Of a stretch of DNA of 64,000 nucleotides, positions 1-12,444 are shown piece after piece. The stretch covers positions 29,204,001 through 29,268,000 of the forward strand of contig CM052817.1 of assembly GCA_028534125.1 (NCBI GenBank), in the 5' to 3' direction. Made by a program: the position numbers and the translations under genes. This DNA is from Lama glama (taxonomy: Eukaryota). Every line of letters begins with the position of its first letter. Position 1 is the stretch's first letter. The notes below the pieces were generated by a model that saw only the letters and a list, made by a program, of their open reading frames with translations, was not told the DNA's origin and did not search any database.

Positions 1-430
1 GGAGAATTGCTTGTTCAGGTCTTCTGCCCATTTTTGGATTGGGTTGTTTGTTTTTTTCTTATTAAGTCTTATGAGCTACTTATATATTCTGGAGATCAAG
101 CCTTCATTGGTTTCATCTGCAAAAATTTTCTCTCCTTCCGTAGGTTTTCTTTTTAGTTTTACTTATGGTTTCCTTTGCTGTGTAGAAGCTTTTAAGTTTC
201 ATTAGGTCCCATTTGTTTATTCTTGCTTTTATTTCTATTGCTTGGGAAGACTGTTCTAGGAGAACATTTTTGAGATGTACGTGAGATAATGTTTTGCCTA
301 TATTTTCTTCTAGGGGGTTTATTGTATCTTGTCTTATGTTTAAGTTTTTGATCCATTTTGAGTTTATTTTTGTGTATGGTGTAAGGAACTGTTCTAGCTT
401 CACTGATTTACATGCTGCTGTCCAGTTTTT
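1..430 (-). mobile_element. Young lineage-specific LINE-1 ORF2 fragment, 5'-truncated near 430; 3' part runs off the window
   Basis: ORF 113..403 (LTPYTKINSKWIKNLNIR...INKWDLMKLKSFYTAKETI) is typical L1 ORF2. Bases 1-266 align by eye with the L1 copy at 45210-45473. Confidence 0.95.
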
Positions 431-1649
431 CTTTCCTTTTGCTTGTAATTTTTGTTATTTTTATCAATCATTCAAACTGTCAAAAGTCTTCAGATAAAAT
501 CTATTAGTGCATGTTTTTATGTTTCTATGTTTATAATTATCCAAGAAACTCAAGTTTCAAATCTAGCTTTTTTTTTAATCCTTGGATGATTCGATTATCA
601 GTAGGATTGAAAGAATTAAACTTCAATTTCTCCTCTAATTATCAAGTTTAAAAATCCCAGGTAGGAAATTAGTGCCAGATGTTGTCTTAAATTTGGAAAA
701 ACACAAAAATTTTAAAAATCTTTTTGAATTAGTCAAATCAAATTAAAAATGGATATGGCTGTTATAGTATAAAATAACAATTTGTTTTTCTATTTTAAAT
801 AGGACTTAAAGTTATAAACTGTTATTTTAAATGATCTAAAACGCTTCATTATGAATCATTTTTTTAAAAAGCCTGTATCATATTGATATTGATACTGAAT
901 AATATTCTCGTTTCTGGGATTAGTCAGTTGGCTAATTAGTATTTAAAGAATCCCAGTCACACCAGAAATCACTACTTTTGTAAAAGCAGTGTTGAAAGAG
1001 GAGATAATTTGGGGAGATAGACAAGAGTGTCCTCACAGATAGGTAAGCACAGCTCTGTTCAAGTGGCTACAGATGCACAAGAATTCTAACCAACGTTGCA
1101 GTGCTGGAAGCCCCTGTGTGGTTACTTCTCTGGCTTATTTGTCTTTGAAACTCAAAGGAAGAAAGGGTGTGATGTCACACTAAGTACAATATCATCATCA
1201 TGTCCACAAAGTAGAATTCCAACATCAATAGATGAAATTGATATAATTTGGTTTGTTGGAAAGGTTTATGTTAAATAAATTCTCTCTACCTAGAATTTTT
1301 CTTAAAATTTAGTCTGGAGAAAAGTGGCTGTTAATCATGTAATACCTTGGACATCACAAGCTCTTGATCAATGTATTTTTAAAATGCTCACTTTGCCTAT
1401 TTGCTGTCTTTATGAGAATTCCTCACTGTGGCAGAATTCCTTGAACAGCATAATGCAGTATTAATCACTCCCAGACTTAACTAACACAGGATCATTCTTG
1501 TTTTAAATAAAGTAAAATAAGAGGTTGTTAAGACACCATCTACGTTTGAAAATACTCAAAAGTCTATGAGTTTGAAAAAAATGGGGTTGCAGTGCCGATT
1601 ACCCAGTTTATCGATTATTTATGTTAATATTTTCTTCATATGTTAATAG

Positions 1650-1706
1650 GCACTATGGCATTTACAGAACAGAAGAACTAGAAAATAGTTCCAACACTTC
1701 ATTGTT
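1650..1706 (+). other. Candidate 57-nt exon (unverified)
   Basis: Acceptor tttcttcatatgttaatAG and donor GTT|GTAAGT. One open frame (HYGIYRTEELENSSNTSL). Protein not recognised. Confidence 0.3.
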
Positions 1707-2934
1707 GTAAGTATTTTCCTAGGTTACTGTGTCCACCCTACGAGACAGAACTCTGAGCACTGAGTAAGAACCCATTAGTAGGATTTACGGGGGATTTTCA
1801 TCATCCTAGTGGAACACCCATTATCCATTGCGCCATGTATATTCATCTTAAAGTGTTTAAACCACTTGTGAGTTTTTGTTTATTTATTTATTTTAAAAAA
1901 ATTCCTTAGTTGAATGAAAGAGTCTTTAAATTCTACACTGCTTTACACTTGTCAAAAGTTTCACACATGTGATTTCATATAATCCCATAATAACCCTTCC
2001 GCACTACTCCTCTATTGCTCAGGAATGCACGGACAGAAAAAGCACAGCCAGGACCAGTGGCACTGAGACTGGGACTGAGACTCTAGGCTGCAGGAGACAG
2101 CTGGGGAAGCTGCTCAGGAAGCAAGGAGAGCATTTCTCCAATGCCCGCCTCACATGTGGCTAAGATGGTTATATATATATATAAAAAGAATAACCCATAG
2201 GGTATCTAGAACCTTTTGGCAAACAGATTTTACCCCCGTTCCACCTCATCTCTGCACTCGAAGGGATTATTCAAGGTCAGCTTTCGCCAAGCCATAGGAG
2301 AAGAGTGTTCTGTTATATGCTGTCCTCAGGGCATTGGCTGCCTACTTGGATTATATCGACATTTCCATAACTAAGAGATATTTAAATTTTGTTTTCTCCC
2401 ACAGTAACAAAATTCTGCCCTGAAAAGACTTGCCTTTTTACTTGTGATCATAGAGATTCTTCAATCGGCAGCTCCAACTCTTGTATAAGATGTGAAATTC
2501 ACTGTGGCAAGGTCAAGGTAGAAATCAGCTTGCTTCTTTTTTTGTGTGTATTGGAAAGTAAAAATCTTTCCTCTTTTTTTTTTTTTATTTTGAAGGGGGT
2601 GGTTATAATTTCTTCAACGCTATCAGTTTCACAGTGCGTCTAATATTACACAGGACATAGCTGTTATTAAAAGGTGTGAAGCAATGTTTACCTGGATTTT
2701 TCCAGCTCCTTGATCCTTTTTATCTCTCACAGAATGCAGTGAATTCTTAAAGGTATAGCACTGAACAGATTGGAGAGTTGTAGGTGACTGTGTACACCTT
2801 TTTAAATTTTGTTGAAGAGTGAAAATTTTAAGTCATGCGATATGGTAACTTGGGAAATTATATTTCTCCTCCTGCTCAGGGTTTTCTGTTATTGCTGTTT
2901 GTTGTTTTTGTTGTCACTGTTGCTACTGTTGTTT

Positions 2935-3790
2935 CTTTTTGTTTGTGTAATGACTTCTCTGGGCTAATTCTATAAAGTCTGTATTTTTTGTGTGTGGCCA
3001 CTGAAGTCTTTACTTACTATGCTTGATGGTCTGCTAATGATTGACAGGGATTTCTTTAATTGCCTCAAACCAAAAAATCTCTCGGTCTTTGCTCTGGGAC
3101 TCTGTATGTTACGGTATGTCTTTAACCTTACAGCGTTTTACAGCTTTATTTTAATCTTTTACTTCCTGCTTGTAGAGTCTCAAGGTGAGCCAGAGATGTG
3201 AGATTTAAGCCAAATCAGATATTTCCTAGGCATGCGCGCAGCTCTGTGTGGGAGGACAGCCTACTATATCCCCCAGGAATATGTCAAAGCTTTTAAAAGC
3301 CTCTTATATACATCTAATTCCCAAGATTTGTCTTTTGAGAGTCTTTGCCAGTCCTTTGTTATACCCAACTAGTATCACAGCTCAAGGAGCTGCAGTGTTA
3401 AATAGGGCCACTGATTGCTGTTAACAAATCCTTCTTAGGGCAGAGCTTTTCACAATAAATGAGTGCTGTGTTAGGTCAGGTAAAGGCAAGCCCTGTGAAT
3501 AGTGTTTTCCTAGGGTGCTACCAGACAAGTTAAATAATGATAAATCTCTGGGAATGGGACTTTGGGGGCAGCTCCAAAACATCTGCCTCCTCCTGTCTGC
3601 TTCCTCCTAGAGGCTGCTAGGCGCCTGGTCTTCACAGGTGCAGTGGTTGTGAGGTTGTGTGGACCTGGAGAGAACAGAATGTGAACAGAGCAATTAAAAT
3701 GCTACAAAGCTCACTGTTATACCGAGATTTAGCCATTTTTAAATGCTGCCTTAGATTGTTAAAATCTTTACTTAATTTCCAGAGAGAGTT
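2935..3790 (-). mobile_element. Old L1 (L1M4/L1MC-type) 5' region fragment
   Basis: Motifs 'aaagtctgtattttttgtgtgtggccactgaagtct', 'gatttctttaattgcct' and 'aggcaagccctgtgaat...ctaccagacaag' match recalled L1M 5'-end consensus. Confidence 0.6.
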
Positions 3791-3811
3791 CTGAAATAGT
3801 TCCATACATAT

Positions 3812-4252
3812 ATATGGAGATTTGTTACAGGAATTGGCTTACTTGCTTATGGAGGCTGAGAAGTCCCACAGTCTGCCCTCTGCCATCTGGAAAAGCAGGA
3901 AAACCAGTGGTACAGTTCAGTCTGGGGCTGAAGGGCCACTAGTGTAAGTCCTAGAGTCCAAAGGCCAGAGAACCAGGAGCTCTGATATCTGATGCAGAAG
4001 ATGGACATCCCAACTCAAGAAGACAAGGAGAGAGAGAATTTTCCGTTTCTCCATCTTTTTATTCACTTCAAGCCCTCAGCATTTTGGATAATTGCCCTCT
4101 TTGGTGAGGGTGGGTGGTCTTTATTTGGTCTACTGAGTCAAATGCTAATCTCTTTCAGAGACACTTTCCTGGATGCATCCAGAATTAATGTTTTACCAGC
4201 TATCTGGCATCATTTAGCCTAGTCGAGTAGACACATAAAGTTAACCATCACA
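3812..4252 (-). mobile_element. MLT2 (ERVL) LTR
   Basis: 'aggaattggctta...atggaggctgagaagtcccac...agaaccaggagctctgat' and terminus 'gacacataaagttaaccatcaca', the reverse complement of the MLT2 start TGTGATGGTTAA. Confidence 0.85.
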
Positions 4253-6269
4253 GTAGGTGATCGCTCCACAAAGCGGACAAAATACCTTAGATCCCTAATG
4301 TAGGACTGAATGAAACAGAGATATTCCTCCTGGGAGTTCCCTGGAGCCACATTCAAGGCACAGGTGGCTAAATAGGCAAGTGTGTGTATGTTCTGTACAT
4401 TATATTTCAGAGTACGGTATGTTATTACTGGAATTCTTTAACCTTGTGTTTCTGTTGAATTGGGGGGCATGGGTAAAGGCTACAAAATGACACGACGTTG
4501 GGCTCAAAGAAATTGATGGTGCAGGCAGGGCTGGTGATGCACGTTTCTCTCTGGGGCAAGTGGGGCTATATGCTCCATAGGTTTTGCTCTAGAAGAAAAC
4601 CTGTTTTTCCCTGCTGTTTCCTCATGTTGGGGATTTGAATGAGGGCAGGATCATTCTAACTGGAACACTTGGAATTAATAATCTGGGTTTCAGTCTTGCT
4701 GGCATGAAAATGTACTGTTCTCTGATGCCTCTCTGTGTATCAGCATTAGCTTTAACTGGAGGCCTTGTAGCTCACAACCTCTCAGGTCAGAGACCGGATT
4801 TCTAGGCTACTTGAAAAATTGCTGCTGGGGTTATTCAGGGAATCAACTGTTTTTTTTTTTTTTCCTTCAATATTTTCCATACTACCTTAAAAGTTACCTA
4901 AAAAAGTCGTCTTGCCAAATTTGACAGCATTTTGTGTAAACTTAGTCGTCAAGTTAAAATTTCCCAAATATCTTATCCCAACGTGAAGTTGCTAATGGAA
5001 TGAGTAGTGGGAAACGTGAGTTATATAAATCTGGCACTGCCTGAATTCCAGAGCTTGAGTCAAGTAATTTCTATCAGATTCATTTCATTGCAAATAAGAT
5101 GAGGAAGCAAGACAAAATGATCTCTCATCCCTTACAAAGCTGTGATTCTGTAACAATGTGCAGTATTGAATAAGTTTGCTAAAGGAAATAACTCAATTTC
5201 TATGCATCTACATAGATCACTTCACAACTTTTTTTTTTTTTTGAAAATGTCTCTCTTCATTCTAGATTTCTGGGTACCTTATTATCCCCGTCTCTTAGAA
5301 ACTGTAAGGTAACAAAGCAAGAGACTGGTATATCTTGCTTTGGAAGATAATGTGTTAAATTTATCGTGCTATATTTTGAATCCACTAAATCCAAATGACT
5401 TTACCATAGTTGCTTCTCAAAAGTTCGTAACACTGCTTCACACAATCTTTTCTCTCTTAATGGATATAAAATTGGCTACCAGAAAAGAAACTTTATAGCA
5501 CTTTATGTATATATTCAAAGGCCAAATCAGATGTCATTTGTGTAGCTATCACTTGTAAAATAATCATGTAGTGTAATTAGCACTGTATTGTGTTAATTCT
5601 GCCTGCTCTTAGGAAACACAAACTTCTTAATGTACCTAATAAACAGCTAGAAACGAACTCATTACAGATGACAACAGTAAAATGACATGTCTGCTTTTCT
5701 TCTTTTCGTGTCTGCTTATTGGGTTTGAGTGAATCATTGAATAGTAGAGCAAGATATTTATTGTTTATCAATATACATGTGAGAGGAACTAGGCAATAGG
5801 TGTGTTTCTTCAGTACAAATTTATTTATACCACGGATTCAATTCTTTGCAGAATGAGTATGAAGTGCTGATAATATTTCAGTAAGAAAATCCTCAAGATA
5901 TTTTTTCAATCATAGTGTACTTTTACAAGTATCCAGAATGAATTATACTTATTTCAAAAGTTTTGCTCTTATTTTAACTTAAGGAAAATGCAAATCAGTG
6001 TGAAAGAGATTTCTGAATCTGAGTTTAACTGTGTGTGAAATTCTGTTTATAGATGGGTGGCGTTTGGCAGCTCCTTTGTAAAGTGGCCTCAGAGTGGAGC
6101 CATTAGAACTGAAGTTTCCCTTCTTCCAGACAAATGAGAGTAGAAGTCTCCTCATTCTGGGTTTCTGCTGAGAAATATCTGTAATGTTGCAAAGGCAGTA
6201 CAATGAAAAAAAATTTTTTGAATGAGTAAACTATAATTCTAAATGGATTAAATAGAAATTTTGGGGAGC

Positions 6270-6493
6270 CAGGGTTTCTCAACTTTGGCCCTATTGACAT
6301 TTGGGCCCTATTATTCTTTGTTGTAGGGGGCTGTCATGTGCATCATAGAATGTTTAGCATCATCTTTGCCCTCTACTCATTAGATTGCTGCATTATTCTA
6401 GTTGTGACAATCAAAAATGTCCCCAGACAAGTGCAAATGTGTCCCAAGGGGGCAAAATCTCCTCTCCCTCCCTTACTCCATTTAAAACCTCTG
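6270..6493 (-). mobile_element. MER20 (hAT-Charlie MITE)
   Basis: 'cagggtttctcaactttggc...attgacatttgggcc...gttgtgacaatcaaaaatgtccccagac...gggggcaaaatc' is the reverse complement of the MER20 consensus. Confidence 0.85.
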
Positions 6494-6587
6494 TTTTGGG
6501 CAAAGCAATGATGTAGCATGTTTTCTCTAATTTGGATGCTGCTGTGTGGTTCTGATGGAGGATGCATTGTGGCAGGAACTATTTGGG

Positions 6588-6660
6588 ATGAGCTGTATGA
6601 GTTCTTCATATATTCTGGATATTAACTCCTTTTCAGATATAAGATTTGCAAGTACTTCCT
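6588..6660 (-). mobile_element. Short L1 ORF2 fragment
   Basis: 'gagttcttcatatattctggatattaactccttttcagatataagatttgcaa' is a canonical antisense L1 ORF2 motif. Confidence 0.7.
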
Positions 6661-6879
6661 CTGAGGGATGACAGTTTCGTGTGTAGAGAAGAATGATTAG
6701 GTTTGATGGTGTTTCGGTGTAGGTCTGAGAGAGCCGGGGCTGGTCCTGGATGGCTCTCTAACATTCTGTAGGCTCTGTACCCAGGTTTTCTGAAGAGTAT
6801 AAAATTATTTGTAGAAAGTTGGATTTTAGTCCCCCCATTGGCAGTTTCTGAAAAGACCATTAGGGAAAAGACCAATTCA

Positions 6880-7309
6880 AGAACTGCTCAGCTGAAGGGT
6901 TCTAAGTTGGTACCTGCTGTAAGGTTGCAGTTAAGATGTCAGCCGGGTCTCAAGACGTCCGAAGTTTTGACTGGAACCAGAAGATCCATTTCCAGATGGT
7001 GCTCTCACATGGTGGTTAGCAGGACTCTTTGGTCCCTTGCTGGTTCTCGGCAAGAGGCTTTACATGGACTCCTATGGGGCTGCTTGGAAATCCTTATGAC
7101 GTGACAGCTGGCTTCCCCCAGAGTGAAAGATCCGGGAGGCAGTTAGGCAGACAGTATAAAGTCTTTTATGACTTAATCTTGGAAGTCACATTTCTGCCAT
7201 ATCCTTATAGTTACAAAGTCAGCCCTATTCAGAGAGGGAGGGGACTGCAATAGGGTAAAATACCAGGAGGGAGGTATCACAGGGGACCAACTTGGTGGCT
7301 GGCTGCCAC
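6880..7309 (-). mobile_element. MLT1 (MaLR) LTR, MLT1E/F-like
   Basis: 'cagctggcttcccccagagtga...gtcttttatgacttaatcttggaagtcaca...aataccaggag...ggctggctgccaca'. Confidence 0.75.
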
Positions 7310-7962
7310 AATCTCTTCAGCTTGTTTCTGTTGTTTGGTTTTCTTTTGACTGTTCGTCACATTTTCTGCCTCTTTGCATGTCAAGATTCACTTGTGTGAC
7401 AGTCTTTGTGTTTAAAGAGACCTTGTGTTGAAGCTCCAAATCATACTATCTTTTACCCAAAGGCTTGGCTTTCCTCTGTTAAGCAGGTAAGGTAAGGGGC
7501 TCATTATCTCAACCTAGTTTGAGGCTGGATTGGAGCAGGGCTGGGCTGCAGGTTTGTTGAGATTCTGTCTACCTTTTCTTTTTCTTTCCTCTGACGTGTC
7601 CTGCCTAAACTTTTTACCAAGAGCCTGGTGAGTCACTCTTTCCTTTCTGAAAGATAATAGACGTATCATGGGGAAAATCTAATTGCATGTCTAGGGTTCG
7701 TGGCATTTTCAAATTATTACACTAGCACTTTATGCCTGTCAAAAACTTCTCTGATTTCTCTTTACCCTGGTAGCATACGTCCTCGGCTCACACCCAGTTG
7801 GAAAATGTCCCCACAGGAGCAGGGCTGCTGGCCGACCTACTACAAAAGAAAATGTCCAGATTATTCCCTCACAGAGCTCTCCTCTTTTTGGTATTCTGAT
7901 GTTTCAGGTCATCATTCCTCTTTCCTACAGCTCTCTCTAATGCTTTGGTATATATATAATAC

Positions 7963-7993
<31 letters not shown>

Positions 7994-7999
7994 ACACAT
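7963..7999. repeat. (CA)n microsatellite
   Basis: Seen directly, with one interruption. Confidence 0.95.
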
Positions 8000-8909
8000 A
8001 GTTATATAGGAGCATATTCTGCCGTAGATCCTGTTATTGTTACATCCTACTTGCAACTAGAAGTCTCTACAATTCATTATCTGAGCAAAGAAATGAAAAG
8101 GGGCTATGGCCTTTAAAATTTTATAAAAAGACTCTCTGGTTTTCTCATGTGCATAAACTAAGAAGTAGGGCTGCTGGGCATGTGTGCTTATAGTGTCACG
8201 TGTGTGTATTTGTTGTGGTCACTCTTTCCCACTTTGGAGAACAGAATCTTAGATTTCTTTGCCGATGTTGTTTACAGCCCTGACCAACAACTCTAAAGCC
8301 TGACACCCTCTTCTTCAGTCCTTGCAGAGGTTCCTTCATAAGGCTCGTACGTCAAAAGGAACATATGGCCGTGTGACACGAGATTGATGTGCTCTGCTCC
8401 TGTTATAGCTCCGATGACGGCAGGTGTAAAATTATGGTGCTCGATTGTAATGAGACCAGCTTGAGTGGGTACACGACAAATAGTGAACAGCTTTTCCAGT
8501 GTGGGGATCCTGTAAGCTATGCAGCGTCACAAACAAGATACTTTATTGCTAATGCTTTTAGGACATATTTATAAAAATTTGATTGTCTTCTTACTAAATT
8601 TATTCTTGAAAACTAAATTTACTTTCTAGGGCTCCAGTGATGAAATCAGACTTGGAAATTAGTGGCATATACTTGTCATAACTCCTAACAATTGCCAGCA
8701 GTTATGCTAATTAGAAGTTCCCGAGGCTCTTGGCTTGACAATTGAGGTTAAGCAGCTGTGTAATTACAGAAACCAGAAACTTATAAATCCAAATGGGTCA
8801 CTAAGGTCACACCTTACGAACAGGTATTGCTCACTAATTATAGACACTGAATAATACATTGTCCATTCTGAGATGTGCAGTTGCTATGCTTCTTTTGAGT
8901 GAATCACAG

Positions 8910-9516
8910 TGATGCAGGAAAAACGGATGTGGGGAGTGAGGGGGGCTGTGTCCCAGGCTTCGGCTGAGCCCCTGGGACGTGCCCCACCAAGTGTGGGTCC
9001 TTGGCTTCGCACAGGGAAGAATTCAAGAGCAAGCCACAGTTGAGTAAAGGTAGATCTATTCAGAGAGATACATTGAAAGGCAAGAGAAAGGCCATGAGGT
9101 GTGGGGGTTGAGTGCTCAGATTAGAGTAAAAGTAGGTAGATAGAGTGCGGGAGAGAGAGAGGCCGGTGAGGGGCAGTGTTGTCCATTTTTATGGGGTTTG
9201 GTAGCTTCATATGCAAATAAGTGGAAGGACCAGTCTAACTAGCCTGGGGAAGGGGCTGGGATTCCCAGGAAGTTGGCCATTTCTCACTCTTTGACCTTTT
9301 GTGGCTAGCCTTGGGCCTGCCACGGCACCTGTGGGCATGTTATTCACCATGCTAATATATTACAATGGGCATATAATGAAGCTCAAGGTCTACTAGAAGT
9401 TAAATCTCCCATCATCTTGAGCCTCAAGGCCTACTGGGGGTTGAATCTTTCACTATTGTGATGTTAATTGATGTAGCATTCCTTGAATGGCTGTGCCCTG
9501 CCCCCTTCCTGTCTCA
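8910..9516 (-). mobile_element. Complete ERV1-class solo LTR (607 bp) with 4-bp TSD ACAG
   Basis: Starts TG (8910) and ends CA (9516). ACAG flanks both sides (8906-8909, 9517-9520). GC-richer than flanks. Carries the motif 'tccttggcttcgcacagggaagaattcaagagcaagcca', typical of antisense ERV1 LTRs. Confidence 0.85.
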
Positions 9517-9995
9517 ACAGAATCAAAGAACTGGAACAGATTTCAGGGACTGCCTAAGAGAATTCTATTCACTTACAACCACCACTGCAAGCCTAGTTAG
9601 AGCCTAAACCGTGTCCCACTTTTCATTCCTGCCTCACACCTTCCTCCCTGATCGCATGTTATCATCTTTTACTGCACACTGTTCTATTAAAGTAAAAATC
9701 GGTCCCTTCTTCCCTTTCCTTCCTTTTCTTTCCTGCTACCATGTGTTTTGGAACTCATATATAGCATCACTAAATTTCTTGCTTTTCCTAATAGACTTCC
9801 TTCCTCTCTTGAGGTTAACTGAACCCCAGCATTTCTCTTAGGACAGTTTACACTCACAACGTGCTTTAAGGCTTTGTGTTATCTTTTTATTTACGTTAAT
9901 ACCAGACCCTAGTCCTTAGCGTCTAGTAAATTTTAGGGTAATTAGGGTATTACATTTGCTAGTCCCTCTACTGTGGACCCTGTCCTGGATGCTAA

Positions 9996-10512
9996 TGTTG
10001 CCTCAAAACTGGCCTCTGAACCCCGAAAGCCAAATTGAGTCTTCGAGGCAGAGTTTTGGGAGGAAAAGAGCAGTTTTATTGCTTTGCCAGGCAAAGGGGA
10101 GTCCCAGCAGGCTAATGCCTTAGAGACTGTGAATCTGTCTTGGGGTTGGGGTCTTGAAGATTACAGAAAAACTGGATGGGTCAGAAAAGATGAAAACAAT
10201 CAGGGTGCTTTGCAGGGTGCTGCTACGTTCCTCTTACCTAGAGTCCTGGGGGAACTGTGGAGAGTCCCATCCATTCTTCTGAGATTATTGGCCCATTACC
10301 TTCTTCCTGGAGCATAGCCTCTGGGTTAAAACTATTGTAAAGAAAGAAAGGAAGACGTTTGGGAGTTGCTTAGTGCAAAAGCAGTAAGGATGAGAAAGAA
10401 ATTGCGGCATTTCTTAGAAAGAATCAGTGAGCAGTTTTAGCATCAGGGAAGTCAGTGTGTTTCCTACTCCTTCCGAAAGATCAGGAGGACGTGGATCAAA
10501 TGGCCGGTTACC
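9996..10512 (-). mobile_element. ERV1-like LTR (cetartiodactyl type); right end uncertain
   Basis: 'tgttgcc...aagccaaattgagtc...cagagttttggg...ttttattgctttgccaggcaaagggg...gctaatgcc', with AATAAA on the minus strand. Confidence 0.7.
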
Positions 10513-11038
10513 TCTGAGGTGTGGGCACCGGAGGTAGACGCCTGAGGTGGTGCTGGGAATGTTGTGGATAGTAGGCCCTCACATTTGTTGAATTAACTAG
10601 AGGGTGAATGAGTCAATACCTTAAGTAATTAAAAAATGGGGCCCATATTTACTGTTCATTTTTTCTCAGCTTCTTTCTCTCTACAACCTGTTTATAGTTT
10701 ACCTGTCCCTTCCGCGGGAATGAATTTCTCAGAAGGTTGAAAATGACCTTTAGACTATCAGATTTTTAAATCCAGCAGTCCCCTTTCATAACTCATCCTG
10801 CACCTTTCTTTGGCCTTTCTCTTCTTTTGCAGTCATTGCACCCTTCAAAGAGAAAGAATGCTTCCATTAATTGCTACCTTTGTTGTTGTTGTTGTTGTCA
10901 GTAAGACGTGATTCCTAAAACTCTTTATAGAGTTTTATGCTTTACTTTAGTAACTTACCATTGTGTGGCTTGTGATAATTACAGTTTTACATTATTTCTT
11001 GTTTTCCCTGTTAGATTGTGGATTCTTTATGGTTGATA

Positions 11039-11255
11039 ACAATGACTAACATTCATAGACCAGTGATAGGCAATATTCTAAGTGCTATACACATAGGAAC
11101 TTAGTCTTCATAACACTATAACTAGGGTATATTATTGTCATTATTTCTACAGAGGAGGACACTGAGGCCAAGATAGATTAAGTAAGTGCTCAAGGCCATG
11201 TCGCTAGTGAATGGCAGAGCCAGGAGTAGAGCACACACAGTTTGGCTCAGTCGTC
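11039..11255 (-). mobile_element. MIR SINE
   Basis: Core 'tacagaggaggacactgaggcc...taagtaagtgctcaaggccatgtcgctagtgaatggcagagccagga'. Confidence 0.85.
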
Positions 11256-11299
11256 TATGTGTTACTTCCCACCGTACATGCTCCTCTCACAGCACGACC

Positions 11300-11390
11300 T
11301 GCATTTTATTTCTGTATCCTCAGCTGCTAACTCAGAGCATGAGATATAGTGAGTGCGTAGTATATCTTGAACAACAGATTGAATTATTCA
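11300..11390 (+). mobile_element. L2 3' end fragment
   Basis: 'tctgtatcctcagctgctaactcagagc...atagtgagtgc...tatatcttgaa...tgaat'. Confidence 0.55.
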
Positions 11391-12444
11391 TGTCAACCCC
11401 TTTATTTTAATTCTTTGAGGATTACCTGGACTTACGCTGCAGAGCCAGGACTAAAGGTAGGATCTCTATACACCTTCTTCAGAGCGCTTTCCACTGCCTC
11501 TAGAGCATCGGAGGAGCACAAGATACTAGTTTAATTACCCATAAACATTACTTGCTGTGAGCCTACTGACAAATCCTTGATATGTTAGAGTTCAATATGC
11601 ATTTTTTTTTCCATTTCAATTTTAATCACATACGTCTCTCAGTTATTCTGTGAATTGAGGTTTGACTTCTGAATAAGTCTTTTGCCTTTCTAAGTCTAGT
11701 ATGTTAAGTGTACAAATTAGATTAAAATGATCTTTAAATGTCTTCCAGCAGAAATTCTTGTTATATTTTTTAAAATTCTGTATTCTTAGAGACCTAATAC
11801 TGATTCCTTAATGGAATCACTCATTTAACAAACTTTTAATGCTTACTATGTACAAAAGATCATAGACCACCTCCAAAGCTAGGAAGACTGGGGAGAAAAT
11901 TAACATACTCTTTTGTATTATCAAGCTGCTTGTTTTTCTTGGAATATCCTTTGATATTCATGTGAAAAAAAATAAAGCCCAATTTGCTTTTCTGCAGCCC
12001 CCTGGGCTTTAGATATTTATGGCTTTAATTTTTTTCCAAGTAGATTCATCCCTTTGTGCAATTCAACTTGTTTTCCCTGATAAGAATCATTTTAGTAAGT
12101 GTTCTGTACAAAATTGTCTTAATAGCGTATCCAATTTGGTGGGTAATCTAGGTAATTGTATAGCTTTTTATTTAAAAATGAGCTACGAGTGTTATAGGGA
12201 AAGAAGCTCAGTTGTAAGGAATGGGCCCAAAGGCCACGTCTGCAGAGCTGGGGCAGAGCTGGGGTGTCCGCAGGGCCGTGGGCTCCGGTATTTGCTGTTA
12301 CAGTGATGGCTCTGCCGTCTGTTTCCACAGGTGGAGATGCCAAGTGACTCGACCGCATTTCAGAGCAACAGCTTTATAATTTGCCTCTTAAAATTTACAC
12401 ATTTACACATGTGACATTATTAATTAAGGCATTACCACTAAGTA

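Noticed and set aside
5266..5308. Exon-like unit (ttcattctAG ... AAG|GTAACA)
   Set aside because: Such pseudo-exons are common in intronic DNA, and there is no supporting frame or partner exon.
7700..8116. 138-aa ORF with THTHTH run
   Set aside because: The repeat is translation of a (CA)n microsatellite, and the flank looks like decayed repeat sequence.
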